A DNA stretch of 64,000 nt from Nitrospirota bacterium. Lineage in GTDB: Bacteria; Nitrospirota; Thermodesulfovibrionia; Thermodesulfovibrionales; JdFR-88. Location of the stretch: positions 49,828-113,827 of the forward strand of contig JAJYJS010000003.1 in assembly GCA_021789215.1 (NCBI GenBank), written 5' to 3'. The position numbers and the translations under genes were made by a program. Below are positions 18,236-29,006 of the stretch, in pieces; positions within the stretch are counted from its first letter, which is position 1, and every line of letters starts with the position of its first letter. The notes beneath the pieces were generated by a model, which worked only from the letters and a program-made list of their open reading frames with translations, did no database searches and was not told the origin of the DNA.

Positions 18236-20842
18236 ATGCTAATCTATATAAAATGGACATCAAATCCCCATCAATTGAAAACAGTCCTTGACATAAGCGG
18301 CGTTTCGGGGCTGACCGGCACGGAGGCCGAAAGGCGGCTCGGGAGGGAAGGCTACAACGAGCTGCCCGCATCGAGGAAGCGAACCCTCCTGCCCATCGCG
18401 CTGGAGGCCGTGAGAGAGCCCATGTTCCTGCTCCTCATCGCGGGCGGCGCAATCTACCTGCTGCTGGGCGACGTGCGCGAGGCGGCGATGCTGCTGGGCT
18501 TTGTGTTCGTGGTGCTTGGCATAACGCTCTACCAGGAGAGCAAGACCGAGCGCGCCCTCAGCGCCCTGAGGGACCTCTCAAGCCCCCGTGCGCTCGTGAT
18601 AAGGGACGGCATGCAGGTGAGGATACCCGGCCGCGAGGTCGTGCGCGGGGACGTGATGGTGCTCTCCGAGGGGGACCGCGTGCCCGCGGACGCGGTGCTC
18701 TTTTCCTGCATCAACCTCTCCGTTGACGAGTCCCTCCTTACGGGCGAGTCCGTCCCGGTGCGGAAGACCGCCTGCGAGGGGCCTTTTTTTGTGGAGATGG
18801 GCGCCCCGGGCGGAGAGGGACAGCCGTTTGTCTATTCCGGCACGCTCGTGGTGCAGGGATACGGACTTGCCCGGGTGGAGGCCGTCGGCCAGGCCACGCA
18901 GATGGGCAGGATAGGCAGGGCCCTTCAGTCCATCGGACCCGAAGAGACCCGTTTGCAGAAAGAGACCGGAAGGCTTGTAAAAAGGCTCGCCGCGGCGGGG
19001 CTTTCGCTCTGCGCGGTAATCGTCATAGTTTACGGCCTCACGAGGGGCAACTGGCTGAACGGCTTTCTGGCGGGCATCACACTGGCGATGGCCATCTTGC
19101 CGGAGGAGTTCCCCGTAGTGCTCACCGTCTTCCTTGCGCTTGGGGCATGGCGGATGTCCAGGAAGAAGGTGCTTACAAGGAAGGTGACCGCCGTGGAGAC
19201 GCTGGGCTCCGCGACCGTCCTGTGCGTGGACAAGACCGGGACGCTCACGCTCAACAGGATGACCGTACAAAAACTCTTTGCTGACGGCAAGTCCTTTGAC
19301 GCTGGCACTGTTGAGAAAAAAGCCCTGCCCGAGGAGTTCCACGGGCTTGTCGAGTTCGGCATTCTGGCAAGCCAGAAAAACCCCTTCGACCCGATGGAAA
19401 AGGCGCTCATAGAGCTTGGACAGGACACCCTCTCCCGCACGGAGCACCTGCATTACGACTGGAAGCTCGTCCAGGAATACCCCCTTTCCAGAGAGCTGCT
19501 TGCCATGTCCCGCGTCTGGAGGTCTCCTGACAAGAAAGACTACATAATCGCCGCAAAGGGCGCGCCGGAAGCCGTTGCGGACATCTGCCACATGGATGAG
19601 CGCCAGACGAAAGAGCTTTCGGAGTACGTGGACCGGATGGCAAAGGAGGGCCTCAGGGTCATAGGGGTCGCCAAATCGGAGTTCCAGCAGGCGGACCTTC
19701 CCCCCGGCCAGCACGAGTTCAGGTTCAGCTTCCTCGGCCTCATAGGGCTTGCGGACCCCGTGCGCCCCGGCGTGGACTCAGCCATCCGCGAATGCTTTGA
19801 CGCGGGCATAAGGGTGGTGATGATCACGGGGGATTATCCGGTCACTGCAAGAAACATCGCGGGGCAGATAGGGCTCAGGAACACTGAGGAGATAATAACC
19901 GGGCCGGAGCTTGACGGCCTGAGCGATGAAGAGCTCGAGCGGCGCATACGGGATGTGAACATCTTCTCGCGCGTGGTGCCGGAACAGAAGCTCCGGATAG
20001 TGAACGCGCTGAAGGCAAACGGCGAAGTCGTGGCCATGACCGGCGACGGCGTGAACGACGCCGCTGCCCTCAAGGCGGCAAACATCGGCATCGCCATGGG
20101 CGGCAGGGGGACCGACGTGGCGCGCGAGGCGGCCTCCATAGTGCTCCTGGAAGACGACTTCTCTTCCATGGTGCAGGGCGTAAGGATGGGCAGGCGCATA
20201 TTCGACAACCTTAAAAAGGCGATGGCCTACATACTTGCCATCCACGTGCCGATAGCGGGGATGTCTCTTCTGCCCGTGCTCTTCAACTGGCCGCTTGTGC
20301 TCCTGCCGGTGCATATAGTCTTCCTGGAGCTGATAATAGACCCGGCCTGCTCTGTCGTCTTCGAGGCGGAGCCGGAGGAGGCCGATGTGATGGCAAGGCC
20401 GCCGCGAAAAAAAATCGGGGAGCCGCTTTTCGGCAGGCGCACCGTCCTCTTCAGCCTCATCCAGGGGCTTAGCGTGCTGCTTATCGTCTTCGCCGTCTTT
20501 GCCGTGTCGCTCCTGCGCGGCGGGGACGTCGCCGACGCAAGGGCCTTGAGCTTCACAACCCTGATATTCGCCAACCTGGGACTAATCCTCACAAACCGCT
20601 CGTGGTCGCGCACGATAGTGCGCACGCTCACGGAGCCCAATGCCGCCCTCTGGTGGGTGGCCGGCGGGGCGGTCTTCTTCCTGGGGCTTGTCCTCTATGT
20701 GCCGGCGCTGAGGGAAGTCTTCCATTTCAGCAGGCTGCACGCGCCGGATATAGCGATAAGCCTCCTTGGAGGGGTCGTGAGCATACTGTGGTTCGAGTGG
20801 TTCAAGGCAATGGGCAGAGGGCGCAGGGCCCTGCGCCTCTAA
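18236..20842 (+). CDS. Cation-translocating P-type ATPase (P2-type, Ca2+/Mg2+-like)
   Basis: LTGESVP (TGES), CVDKTGTLTLN (phosphorylation site), MITGDYPVTA and TGDGVNDAAALKAANIGIAMG motifs, with 10 predicted TM helices. The start at ATG 18236 is inferred. The ORF is open from 18131. Confidence 0.9.
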   Translation: MLIYIKWTSNPHQLKTVLDISGVSGLTGTEAERRLGREGYNELPASRKRTLLPIALEAVREPMFLLLIAGGAIYLLLGDVREAAMLLGFVFVVLGITLYQESKTERALSALRDLSSPRALVIRDGMQVRIPGREVVRGDVMVLSEGDRVPADAVLFSCINLSVDESLLTGESVPVRKTACEGPFFVEMGAPGGEGQPFVYSGTLVVQGYGLARVEAVGQATQMGRIGRALQSIGPEETRLQKETGRLVKRLAAAGLSLCAVIVIVYGLTRGNWLNGFLAGITLAMAILPEEFPVVLTVFLALGAWRMSRKKVLTRKVTAVETLGSATVLCVDKTGTLTLNRMTVQKLFADGKSFDAGTVEKKALPEEFHGLVEFGILASQKNPFDPMEKALIELGQDTLSRTEHLHYDWKLVQEYPLSRELLAMSRVWRSPDKKDYIIAAKGAPEAVADICHMDERQTKELSEYVDRMAKEGLRVIGVAKSEFQQADLPPGQHEFRFSFLGLIGLADPVRPGVDSAIRECFDAGIRVVMITGDYPVTARNIAGQIGLRNTEEIITGPELDGLSDEELERRIRDVNIFSRVVPEQKLRIVNALKANGEVVAMTGDGVNDAAALKAANIGIAMGGRGTDVAREAASIVLLEDDFSSMVQGVRMGRRIFDNLKKAMAYILAIHVPIAGMSLLPVLFNWPLVLLPVHIVFLELIIDPACSVVFEAEPEEADVMARPPRKKIGEPLFGRRTVLFSLIQGLSVLLIVFAVFAVSLLRGGDVADARALSFTTLIFANLGLILTNRSWSRTIVRTLTEPNAALWWVAGGAVFFLGLVLYVPALREVFHFSRLHAPDIAISLLGGVVSILWFEWFKAMGRGRRALRL

Positions 20843-21501
20843 AGGCGTCCGCCCTCTGAAATCCGCTTCATGAGCAGGGGCCAGATGTCCGCCGCGGGCC
20901 TTTCGAAGATGTCCTCCGGGTCCGCATCGACGACGTGCCAGTCCCCCCTGGCTATCTCCCCTTCAAGCTGTTCCGCGGCCCATCCGGCGCAACCCGTATA
21001 AACCCGCACCGGGGCGTCCTGCACGTCTTTTTGCTCCAGCGTGGCCTGCTCGTGGCTCACATATACATCGCCGGAAACAGGGTATGTCTTTTCCGGCTTT
21101 ACGCGGGATTTTATCAGCACGAATATCTGGTGCTTCGCTACCGGCCCGCCAAAGTAAAGGGGCTGGTCGTGCTTCCTGAGCATTTCCACATCGGGCAGGA
21201 CCGCCGAGACCTTTATGTCCGTGGGGCGGTTAATGATCAACCCCATTACGCCCTGCGGGTCGAATTTCACGATGAGGATGACGCTCTGCTGGAACCGGGG
21301 GTCTTTTATCCCCCTGCCCGCGACAAGGAACTTCCCGGTGGAAGGTATGGCTTCCGGCAAAACGGGTTTTACCGGAATGCCGGGCTCCCTTATATACGCT
21401 AAAAACCGGCCTGCCCCGGCGGACGGAAAGACCTCCCCCGCCCTTGCCGCGCCGGGCAGGAGCGAAAGCAGAAAAAATATTATCAGCGCGGCCGCAGGCA
21501 T
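20839..21501 (-). CDS. YqgE/AlgH-family protein with N-terminal signal peptide
   Basis: GLIINRPT, YFGGPV and YTGCAGWAAEQLEGEIARGDW motifs of UPF0301/YqgE. The N-terminus MPAAALIIFFLLSLLPGAARA/GE looks cleavable. Confidence 0.75.
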   Translation of the reverse strand: MPAAALIIFFLLSLLPGAARAGEVFPSAGAGRFLAYIREPGIPVKPVLPEAIPSTGKFLVAGRGIKDPRFQQSVILIVKFDPQGVMGLIINRPTDIKVSAVLPDVEMLRKHDQPLYFGGPVAKHQIFVLIKSRVKPEKTYPVSGDVYVSHEQATLEQKDVQDAPVRVYTGCAGWAAEQLEGEIARGDWHVVDADPEDIFERPAADIWPLLMKRISEGGRL

Positions 21502-21502
21502 A

Positions 21503-22546
21503 TCAGTACACGCTCCACTGGCCGGGCAGGAACAGCCTCTCGTAGGTGAGCAGGGCGAACCTGTCGGTCATGCCCGCGATGAAATCGCAGACCACCCGGT
21601 GGGGGTTTGCCTTCTTGTCGAACGGGATGTCCTTGAAGACCTCGTCGAGATGGCCCAGGTAGTAATGATAGAGGTCCCCCAAAATCTTCTTTGCCTTGGT
21701 GAACTCCCCCTTGGTGACTTCGCTTTCGTAGACCCGCTCGTAGAGGAAATCCCTCAGCGCGTAGATGGCCGCAAGCACCTCATCGCTCATACGCAGCCCC
21801 TCCATGCCCCCCTGCCTCTTGCCCGTTTCGTAAATCAGGTCTTTCACCATCCTGTCTATCCGGGCCGAATGGCTGTCCCCTGTCACCCTGGATACCGGAT
21901 GGGGGATTTCGGATTTTTTCAGCACCTGTGCGCGCAGGGCGTCATCGAGGTCGTGGTTCAGGTACGCTATCGTATCCGACACCCTCACGACCTGTCCCTC
22001 CAGGGTAATCGCGGCCTCCTCCTCGTTTGCCGGGAGTATGTTGCCCTTGCCCTTGGAGTGCTTGATTATCCCGTCCCTCACCTCCAGCGTAAGGTTCAGC
22101 CCCTTGCCCTCGCGCTCAAGCACGTCCACGACGCGCAGGCTCTGCTCATAGTGCTCGAACCCTCCGGGGTGCAGCTCCCTCAATATGGCCTCCCCGGCGT
22201 GGCCGAAGGGCGTGTGGCCCAGGTCGTGCGCGAGCGCTATGGCCTCGGTCAGGTCCTCGTTGAGCCTCAGGGCGCGGGATATGGTGCGGGCTATCTGGCT
22301 TACCTCAAGCACATGGGTAAGGCGGGTGCGGTAATGGTCTCCTTTTGGGGCCAGGAAGACCTGGGTTTTGTGAATGAGCCTCCTGAACGCCTTCGAGTGG
22401 ATTATCCTGTCCCTGTCCCGCTGGAAGCACGTCCTGATATCGTCTTCCTTTTCTATCCGCTGCCTCCCGCGGCTTTTGGCGCTCAGGGCGGCCCCGGGGT
22501 GCAGTATCTGCCGTTCTATTTCCTCTGTCTGCTGCCTTATGCTCAT
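21503..22546 (-). CDS. dGTP triphosphohydrolase-like HD-domain phosphohydrolase
   Basis: [24 protein letters not shown] and [13 protein letters not shown] are typical of the Dgt-like family. The start overlaps the smc stop by 4 nt. Confidence 0.85.
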   Translation of the reverse strand: MSIRQQTEEIERQILHPGAALSAKSRGRQRIEKEDDIRTCFQRDRDRIIHSKAFRRLIHKTQVFLAPKGDHYRTRLTHVLEVSQIARTISRALRLNEDLTEAIALAHDLGHTPFGHAGEAILRELHPGGFEHYEQSLRVVDVLEREGKGLNLTLEVRDGIIKHSKGKGNILPANEEEAAITLEGQVVRVSDTIAYLNHDLDDALRAQVLKKSEIPHPVSRVTGDSHSARIDRMVKDLIYETGKRQGGMEGLRMSDEVLAAIYALRDFLYERVYESEVTKGEFTKAKKILGDLYHYYLGHLDEVFKDIPFDKKANPHRVVCDFIAGMTDRFALLTYERLFLPGQWSVY

Positions 22547-25500
22547 GCCTCGGCAAAACGCATGGAGATTATGCTGGAGACGCCGGGCTCCTGCATCGTC
22601 ACGCCGTAGATGTAATCGGCCACTTCCATCGTAATCCTGTTGTGGGTGATGACCACGAACTGCGTGGCCGATGAAAGCGTCTTCAGCATCTGGGCGAACT
22701 TTACCGTGTTGGACTCATCGAGCGCCGCGTCCGCCTCGTCCAGTATGCAGATAGGAGTGGGCTTTATAAGAAAGCTCGCAAAAAGCAGGCTCAGCGCCGT
22801 AAGGGATTTCTCGCCGCCCGACAGCAGGTGGATGTTCTGGAGCTTCTTGCCGGGGGGCTGGGCTATTATGTCTATGCCCGTTTCCAGGATGTTCTGCTCG
22901 TCGGTGAGCGTAAGCTCCGCCCTGCCGCCCCCGAAGAAGTCCACGAAGACCTCCGCGAACTTGTCCCTGAGGGCCTCGTAGGCGTCGCGGAGCATCTTCC
23001 GCGTGGAGGTGTTTATCTTTTTTATCGCCTCTTCAAGCTCGGCGATGGATTTTTCCAGGTCTTCCTTCTGTCCGGTCAGAAAACCGAAGCGCGTCTTCAG
23101 CTCCTCGTACTCCTCGATAGTGGCCAGGCTCACCGGGCCAAGCTCCGCTATTTTTTTCTTAAGCTCCGCTATCAGCTCCGTGTCGCCTTCCGCCGGGGGC
23201 TCCGCCTCATGCCCAGCTATGTCTATCTCATAGGTGGCGAGGATATTCGAGCGGAGGTTCTCGGCCGTCAACCGGAGTTCCGTTATCTTCACCTCGGTTT
23301 CCGCAATCGCATGGCCCAGGGAGTCTATCTCCTGCCTTAAGGCCTTTATCCGCTCCTCAAACGCCAGGAGCCCGCCCGAAAGCCCTTCAAGCTCCGAACG
23401 GCTCCGGCCTGCGGTCTCCTTCACGGCGTCTGACTTCCTGACTATCTCCCTCAGCGCGCCAAAAAGTATCTCGTGGTTTTCCTCTTTCTGCCTTATGGAC
23501 TCGCCGGTCTTTTGCCGCTCCACGCCGATCCTCTGGAGTCTCGAAAGGGTCTCTTCCTTGAGGGCGGCAAGCGAGGCCGCCTCCCTGCCGGCGTTTTCAA
23601 GCTTCTGTCTCAGGGAGTTAAGCTCCATCCGGGAATCGACCAGGGCGGTCCTTTCCGCCTCGAAGGCCGCCTTTTTCCCGGAAAGCTCCTCCTGAATCCC
23701 CGCTATCCTCCGCTCGCTTTCGGTCTTCCTCGCGGCGGAGGCGTCCTGCCTGTCCTTCTTCTCGGCAAGCAGGGCCTCAAGCTGTAAAAATTCCTTTTTA
23801 AGGTTCTCCTGCTCCAGCCGCAGATAGCCCGTTTTCTTCCTGATGCGCTCTATCTCCCCGCGGGCGCTTTCCATCGAATGGCCCAGGAGCGATATCTCCC
23901 GGTCCAGCTCGTGCGAACGCGCCTCGAGTGCCTTCAGGGCCTGTTCCTTCTCCGTTATTTGAGCGGAAACCCTTGCGGACTCCTCTTCCTGGGAGGCCAC
24001 CCTTGCCTTGAGCCCCCCGGCCTCTTTCTCAAGCTCTCTCAATTGCCTTTTCTTTGCAAGCAGCTCTTTGTTCTGCCCGCCCGAAAGGGTGCCCCTCGCG
24101 TCAAGCACCTCGCCGGAGAGGCTGACAAACGTATAACCATTGGCGCTGCGGGGGACATCGTCCAGTTCCCTTACGATATATGCGCCCTTGAGCAGGGCTT
24201 TTACCATGCCCTCATACCGGGGCTCCGCCTTGATGAAATCCATCGCCCTGCCCAAAACACCCTCCGGCATATTTTCCGGGGTCCCGTTTGAATCCAGGTC
24301 GGCCGGTATAAAAAAGGCCCTTTCTATCTCCTTGCCCCTTAAAGTCTTGAGCGCTTTTAATGCCTCTTCGCGGCTCTGGGCGATAAACCCTCCGGCAAGC
24401 CCCCTGAGCACGGCCTCAATCGCCTTTTCGTATTCGGGCGCGGCCTCCATCACGTCGGAGAGGCCCTTTTTTATATGCAGGTCCTCCAGTCCCAGAAGTT
24501 CCTTCGTTACCGGGTCCAGCAGTATCTCGCGGAGGGATTCGGCGCGGGAGAGGGCCGACGCCAGCGCCTCGCGCCCGCGGGCAATCCCGCCCCGGAGTCC
24601 CTCCAGGCTGGTCTTGAGGGCTTGAAGCTCCGCCGAAAGGGCCTCTTTTTCCCCCTTAAGCCTCGCCGAGCCTTCGCTTTTCTCCTTTATCGAGGCCTGG
24701 AGGCCCGCCAGTGAAGTCTCCCGTTCCGTGAGGGCCTTTTCCTCGGACCCTATTTCCGCGGCAAGGGACTCTTCCTTTCTCCCGAGCCCGCTCAGGGCCT
24801 GCTCGGCCCTGCCTATCTCCCCGGCATGGGAGCTGACCTCCTCGCTGATGCGGAAAAGTTCCTTCCTTGCCGCCTCGATCTCTCCCTCCATCTCCTCTAT
24901 CGCCTGTCTTGAGGCAGCGAGCGCTCCGTTTTTCTCGCGCAGGGCGTCTTCGCAGGAGGAAATGCGGTTTGAAAGGCCTTCGCGCTCCGCCCGCAGCTCT
25001 TCAACGCGGGCCTGGGAGCTGCTTATCCTTGCGTTCAACTCCTTTTCATCGTGGTCAAGGCGTATGAGGTTCTGTTTGAGGGCCTCTTTTTCCGTGTCGG
25101 AGACGGCCATCTCCCTCTCTTTTTCCGCTATGGCCCGTTCAAGCCCCTGAAGCTCTTCCTGGAGGACGCCCAGGGCCTTTTCCTTGTCGACTATTATGAT
25201 GCGCCTCTGAGTGTGCTCGTTTTCGACCCCGGAGAGTTCGCCCCGGAGGGCGGCGTCCTTCTCCTTGAGGGCGGCAAAAAATTCCGTCTCAAGCTCCGCG
25301 AGCCTTCCGGTCTGCTCGACCCAGTTTTTCCTCGCCTGTCTCAGCTCAAGCCCTTTCAGCTCCTCGATGATTTTTTTGTACCGTTCGGCCTTTTTCGCCT
25401 GCCTGTCCAGGGAGTTTATCTGGCGTTTTACCTCGCTTATTATGTCGGTGAGCCTCTGGAGATTGAGCCTTGAGGACTCGAGCTTGTTTTCGGCTTCCGC

Positions 25501-26016
25501 ACGCCTCACCTTGTATTTGACGACGCCCGCGACCTCCTCGATGAGGAAACGCCTTTCTTCGGGCTTTGAGTTTATGATGCGGGATATGTTTTCCTGCTCG
25601 AAAATGGCATAGCTCTTAAGCTCAAGCCCCGTGTCCAGGAACAGGTTTTTTATGTCCTTCAGGCGGCAGGCGCTCCGGTTTATCATGTAGTCGCTTTCGC
25701 CGGAGCGGTAGAGCCTCCTTGTGACCAGGGCCTGGCCGTTCTCCGAGCCGCCGTTTAGCCCGCTGACGGTCATCGAGACCTCGGCCATCCCCTTTGGCTT
25801 CTTGCTCTGGGAGCCGTCGAAGACGACCTCTATCATCTTGTCCCCGCGCAGGCTCTTTGCGCTCTGCTCGCCCAGCACCCACTTGAAGGAGTCCACCACG
25901 TTGCTCTTGCCGCACCCATTGGGGCCCACAATGCAGGTTATCCCCTTGTGCAGGTCGAAAGTGGTCTTTTCCGCGAACGACTTGAAACCTATGAGTTCAA
26001 TCTTTTCTACGCGCAT
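22543..26016 (-). CDS. smc: Chromosome partition protein Smc
   Basis: 1157-aa ORF with Walker A (GPNGCGKSN), long coiled coils around a hinge, the signature [16 protein letters not shown] and Walker B ([10 protein letters not shown]). Confidence 0.95.
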   Translation of the reverse strand: MRVEKIELIGFKSFAEKTTFDLHKGITCIVGPNGCGKSNVVDSFKWVLGEQSAKSLRGDKMIEVVFDGSQSKKPKGMAEVSMTVSGLNGGSENGQALVTRRLYRSGESDYMINRSACRLKDIKNLFLDTGLELKSYAIFEQENISRIINSKPEERRFLIEEVAGVVKYKVRRAEAENKLESSRLNLQRLTDIISEVKRQINSLDRQAKKAERYKKIIEELKGLELRQARKNWVEQTGRLAELETEFFAALKEKDAALRGELSGVENEHTQRRIIIVDKEKALGVLQEELQGLERAIAEKEREMAVSDTEKEALKQNLIRLDHDEKELNARISSSQARVEELRAEREGLSNRISSCEDALREKNGALAASRQAIEEMEGEIEAARKELFRISEEVSSHAGEIGRAEQALSGLGRKEESLAAEIGSEEKALTERETSLAGLQASIKEKSEGSARLKGEKEALSAELQALKTSLEGLRGGIARGREALASALSRAESLREILLDPVTKELLGLEDLHIKKGLSDVMEAAPEYEKAIEAVLRGLAGGFIAQSREEALKALKTLRGKEIERAFFIPADLDSNGTPENMPEGVLGRAMDFIKAEPRYEGMVKALLKGAYIVRELDDVPRSANGYTFVSLSGEVLDARGTLSGGQNKELLAKKRQLRELEKEAGGLKARVASQEEESARVSAQITEKEQALKALEARSHELDREISLLGHSMESARGEIERIRKKTGYLRLEQENLKKEFLQLEALLAEKKDRQDASAARKTESERRIAGIQEELSGKKAAFEAERTALVDSRMELNSLRQKLENAGREAASLAALKEETLSRLQRIGVERQKTGESIRQKEENHEILFGALREIVRKSDAVKETAGRSRSELEGLSGGLLAFEERIKALRQEIDSLGHAIAETEVKITELRLTAENLRSNILATYEIDIAGHEAEPPAEGDTELIAELKKKIAELGPVSLATIEEYEELKTRFGFLTGQKEDLEKSIAELEEAIKKINTSTRKMLRDAYEALRDKFAEVFVDFFGGGRAELTLTDEQNILETGIDIIAQPPGKKLQNIHLLSGGEKSLTALSLLFASFLIKPTPICILDEADAALDESNTVKFAQMLKTLSSATQFVVITHNRITMEVADYIYGVTMQEPGVSSIISMRFAEA

Positions 26017-26140
26017 GGTTGTTTTTCATTCAGAATGGACGGGATTAGTATAGCCGGAGAGCACGGGGAAAAACAAGGAGCGGGGACACCAAAAGCCTGT
26101 TTTTAGAAAGGAAAAAGTTTAAAAAACATCGAAGCAGTCT

Positions 26141-26198
26141 ACCTCATCCCCCTCACCCCCGCCCCTCTCAATGGGGAGAGGAGTTTTTTTAAGAGGGG
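26141..26198. repeat. Small GC-rich palindromic element, family C, copy 2 (opposite orientation)
   Basis: cctcatccccctcacccccgccCCTCTCaatgggGAGAGGagttttttt. It is related to the reverse complement of 7681-7716. Confidence 0.4.
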
Positions 26199-26261
26199 AT
26201 GCGGATGTCGTCTCCGGGAAACAGGATGAGGAAAAACATAATAAGGAGATGGCGTGCCGTC

Positions 26262-26549
26262 TTATGCAGCCGTTATCTCGCCCGCCTCTTTCCCGCCTGC
26301 TTCCAGCTCCTGCGCCTGCTCCTCGTCAAATCTCAGAAGCATGGCCTGGAACTCCCCCACATGGGTCTTTTCCTCCTTTGCGACGCCCAGCATGACCTTT
26401 TTCAGGTCTATGTCCTCGGTCACGGAGGCTATCTGCTCGTAGAGGTTTATGGCATCGAGTTCCGCCATTATGGCAAGCCTCAGCATCTCCCTGTCGGTCA
26501 ACTCCCTGTTCTGCAAGTCGGAGGCGGCAAATGGCAGCAGGGAAAACAT
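26262..26549 (-). CDS. Two-helix half-ferritin (rubrerythrin/EncFtn-like) protein
   Basis: 95-aa ORF. MAELDAINLYEQ ... AKEEKTHVGEF gives the E...ExxH diiron-ligand spacing seen in encapsulated-ferritin-type half-ferritins. Confidence 0.6.
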   Translation of the reverse strand: MFSLLPFAASDLQNRELTDREMLRLAIMAELDAINLYEQIASVTEDIDLKKVMLGVAKEEKTHVGEFQAMLLRFDEEQAQELEAGGKEAGEITAA

Positions 26550-26666
26550 TTTCCTGGCAACCTCCTTTCCTTTTCTAAAAGTCTATACGATTCCGGTTAA
26601 AAATCCATTCCTGTTTGAAATACAGAGAGATATGACAAAAACCCTTTTCTGATAAGATAATTGACG

Positions 26667-27890
26667 ATGAGAAGGGCGGTCGTAACGGGCATTGGCGCGG
26701 TAACCCCGGTTGGCGGCACTATGGCTCGCGCGTGGGAGGCTGTAAAGCGCGGGGAGTGCGGCATCGGCCCCATAACGCGTTTTGATGCCTCGGGGCTTAA
26801 ATGGAGTGTTGCCGGAGAGATCAAAAATTCTTTTGACGCAAGCGCATTTCTGGCCCCGAAAGAGGCAAGGCGGGCCGACCCGTTTTCCGTTTACGCCGCG
26901 GCCTCCGCGATAATGGCCTTGGAGGACGCGGGCCTCCGCCCTCCTGTCGAGGGGCAGGTGATAGCCGGCACAAGCCGGGGCGCCGCAACCCTGATGGAAG
27001 CCGCCTTTTTTTCAGAATGCAAAAAACTTCCCCCTTTTTTCATGCCCTCTTCCGCCGCGGGGATGGCCGCCTCCCTTATAGCGAGAAAGCTTGGGCTAAG
27101 GGGCGGGGCTGCCGGGATTTCAAGCGCCTGCGCCTCCGGCCTGCAAGCCCTGGGTGAGGCGTTCAGGCTCGTAAGGCACGGGCTTGCCGGTCTGGTAATC
27201 GCCTGCGGGGCCGATGCCCCGGTAACCAGGCTCTGCGTCGAGGGCTACGGCAGGGCAGGGGCGCTCTCCAGAAGCAATATAAAAAACCCCAAAGAGGCCA
27301 GCAGGCCCTTTCACCCGGAAAGGGACGGGTTCGTGCTGTCGGAGGGGGCCTGTTCGCTCGTCGTTGAGGAATACGGGAGGGCCGCGCGGAGGGGGGCCCA
27401 AATCTATGGGGAGATAGCCGGGTACGGCCAGGGCATCGACCCCTCCCATGAGACAAGGCCGTCCCCGCCGGGCTGGGCCCGGACTATTTCCGCCGCGCTC
27501 CGGGATGCGGGAGTTGAAGACACCGGGCTCATAATCCCCCATGCGGCATCGACCGTCCTTGGGGACGCGGCTGAAGAGGAGGCGATCTTTACGGCGCTGG
27601 GCAAAACAGCCGCCCGGAAAATCCCGGCATTTCCCGTAAAGGCCTTGACGGGGCATATGCTTGCGGCATCGGGGCCGTTCGAGGCCGCAATAGCCCTGAT
27701 GTGCATGAAAGAAGGGATTGTCCCGCCAAATTATTACCTGAAAGAGGCCCGCATGAAAGAGGCCCCGCCGGGGCTGAATCTTGGCGGGGGAATTTTTTTA
27801 AAAACAGCCCGGCCCGGCTCCGCCCTTGTGAACGCCTTTGGCTTCGGGGGTTTCAGCGCCTCGGTCGTCCTTTACAGCGCCCGCTCGTAA
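26667..27890 (+). CDS. Beta-ketoacyl-ACP synthase II-like condensing enzyme (divergent FabF paralogue)
   Basis: RRAVVTGIGAVTPVG N-terminus and a Cys-His-His triad context (SSACASG, HAASTVLGD, GHMLAASG). The start could be TTG 26661 or ATG 26667. Confidence 0.85.
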   Translation: MRRAVVTGIGAVTPVGGTMARAWEAVKRGECGIGPITRFDASGLKWSVAGEIKNSFDASAFLAPKEARRADPFSVYAAASAIMALEDAGLRPPVEGQVIAGTSRGAATLMEAAFFSECKKLPPFFMPSSAAGMAASLIARKLGLRGGAAGISSACASGLQALGEAFRLVRHGLAGLVIACGADAPVTRLCVEGYGRAGALSRSNIKNPKEASRPFHPERDGFVLSEGACSLVVEEYGRAARRGAQIYGEIAGYGQGIDPSHETRPSPPGWARTISAALRDAGVEDTGLIIPHAASTVLGDAAEEEAIFTALGKTAARKIPAFPVKALTGHMLAASGPFEAAIALMCMKEGIVPPNYYLKEARMKEAPPGLNLGGGIFLKTARPGSALVNAFGFGGFSASVVLYSARS

Positions 27891-28933
27891 ATCCTGTACC
27901 TCTTGTAGACCTCGCCGCCTATCATCTGCGAGATATAGATAATGGGAAGGTTGTCTTCCAGTATCCAGGAGAACTCTATGCGTTTGTATTTATTTCCAAA
28001 GCCCTTTATGCCTTTAAAGCCTTCCCTTATCATGAGGGCCTCGACGCCCCTGTTGCGCCATCCGCTGTCCACGCCAAGGAGCATGAGCCTCAGGGAGTCT
28101 ATCTTTCCCGAGTGGTAGAGCGCCTTTAAAATGGAGACCGGGCCTATCCGCCCCCCCATCTTTCTGAGCACGTGATTGAAATCCGGCACTATCCCCAGAA
28201 ACCCCACGGGTTTTTCCCCGGCCTGGGCTATAATGGTCAGCTCCGGCACAAGGACGCCCTTGAGCTTCTTGGCCATGTCGTCCACCTCCTCCACGGTTAT
28301 CGGGATAAAACCCCAGTTGTCCTTCCATGAGGAGTTATAGACGTCCTTGAAGACCGTAAGCTCCGAATGGAGGTTCTTTTTTTCGAGGAGCCTCGCGGTC
28401 ACGCCCTTTCTCTCAGCGATTGCGGCCACGCGCTCCACCTTCTCCGGAAGCGGCAGGGCCATGTCCCTGATGTATGCAAGAAGATCCTTTGACTTGGCCA
28501 TCCCGCAGGCCGCCATCAGCTCGTTGTAATATGGCGGGTTGTAGGGGGTCATGAGCATCGGCGGGTCCTTGAAGTTTTCGAGCAGGAACCCGCATTCCTC
28601 GTTGGTGGAGAAATTCATCGGCCCCCGCATGACGGAAAGGCCGGATTTTTTAAGCTCGCTGGCTGCGGCCTCGAGCAGGAGCCGGGCCGCCGCGGGGTCG
28701 TTCACGGATTCGTAAAAGCCGAAGAAACCGGCCCTGTCGTCATGGTATTTGAGATGGGCGTGGTTCACGATGGATGCCACCCGGCCAAGGGTTTTACCGC
28801 CGTCCCTGAGCAGGAAAAACCTGACCTGGGCCGTCCTGAAGAAGGGGTTTTTGCCCGGCGTAAACATCTTTTTCTGCTCGATTACGGGCAGGGGGCTGAA
28901 ATTGGGGTCGCCCCCGTAAAGCTCAAAGGGCAC
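27872..28933 (-). CDS. GNAT-like acyltransferase family protein (two-domain, about 350 aa)
   Basis: The C-terminal VDSGWRNRGVEALMI resembles the GNAT acyl-CoA-binding motif A. The last gene of the SDR/alpha-oxoamine synthase operon. Its 3' end overlaps the convergent KAS gene by 19 nt. Confidence 0.5.
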   Translation of the reverse strand: MPFELYGGDPNFSPLPVIEQKKMFTPGKNPFFRTAQVRFFLLRDGGKTLGRVASIVNHAHLKYHDDRAGFFGFYESVNDPAAARLLLEAAASELKKSGLSVMRGPMNFSTNEECGFLLENFKDPPMLMTPYNPPYYNELMAACGMAKSKDLLAYIRDMALPLPEKVERVAAIAERKGVTARLLEKKNLHSELTVFKDVYNSSWKDNWGFIPITVEEVDDMAKKLKGVLVPELTIIAQAGEKPVGFLGIVPDFNHVLRKMGGRIGPVSILKALYHSGKIDSLRLMLLGVDSGWRNRGVEALMIREGFKGIKGFGNKYKRIEFSWILEDNLPIIYISQMIGGEVYKRYRIYERAL

Positions 28934-29006
28934 CCGGATGAACTCGTTCAGCTCCCGGCGGGATTTTACCTCAATGGTTTCCAGTGTTTTCCAGACCTCT
29001 TCCCGC

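Noticed and set aside
18578-19714. 378-aa minus-strand ORF antisense to the P-type ATPase gene
   Set aside because: It has no motifs and a low-complexity basic composition. DKTGTLT and TGDGVNDA are on the plus strand. I applied the same reasoning to 21215-22609 (+), 32445-33914 (+), 36523-38073 (+) and 41427-42587 (+).
26017-26660. Possible encapsulin nanocompartment operon around the half-ferritin gene
   Set aside because: No HK97-fold shell gene is adjacent. The ORFs 26171-26600 (+) are antisense shadows of the ferritin-like gene.
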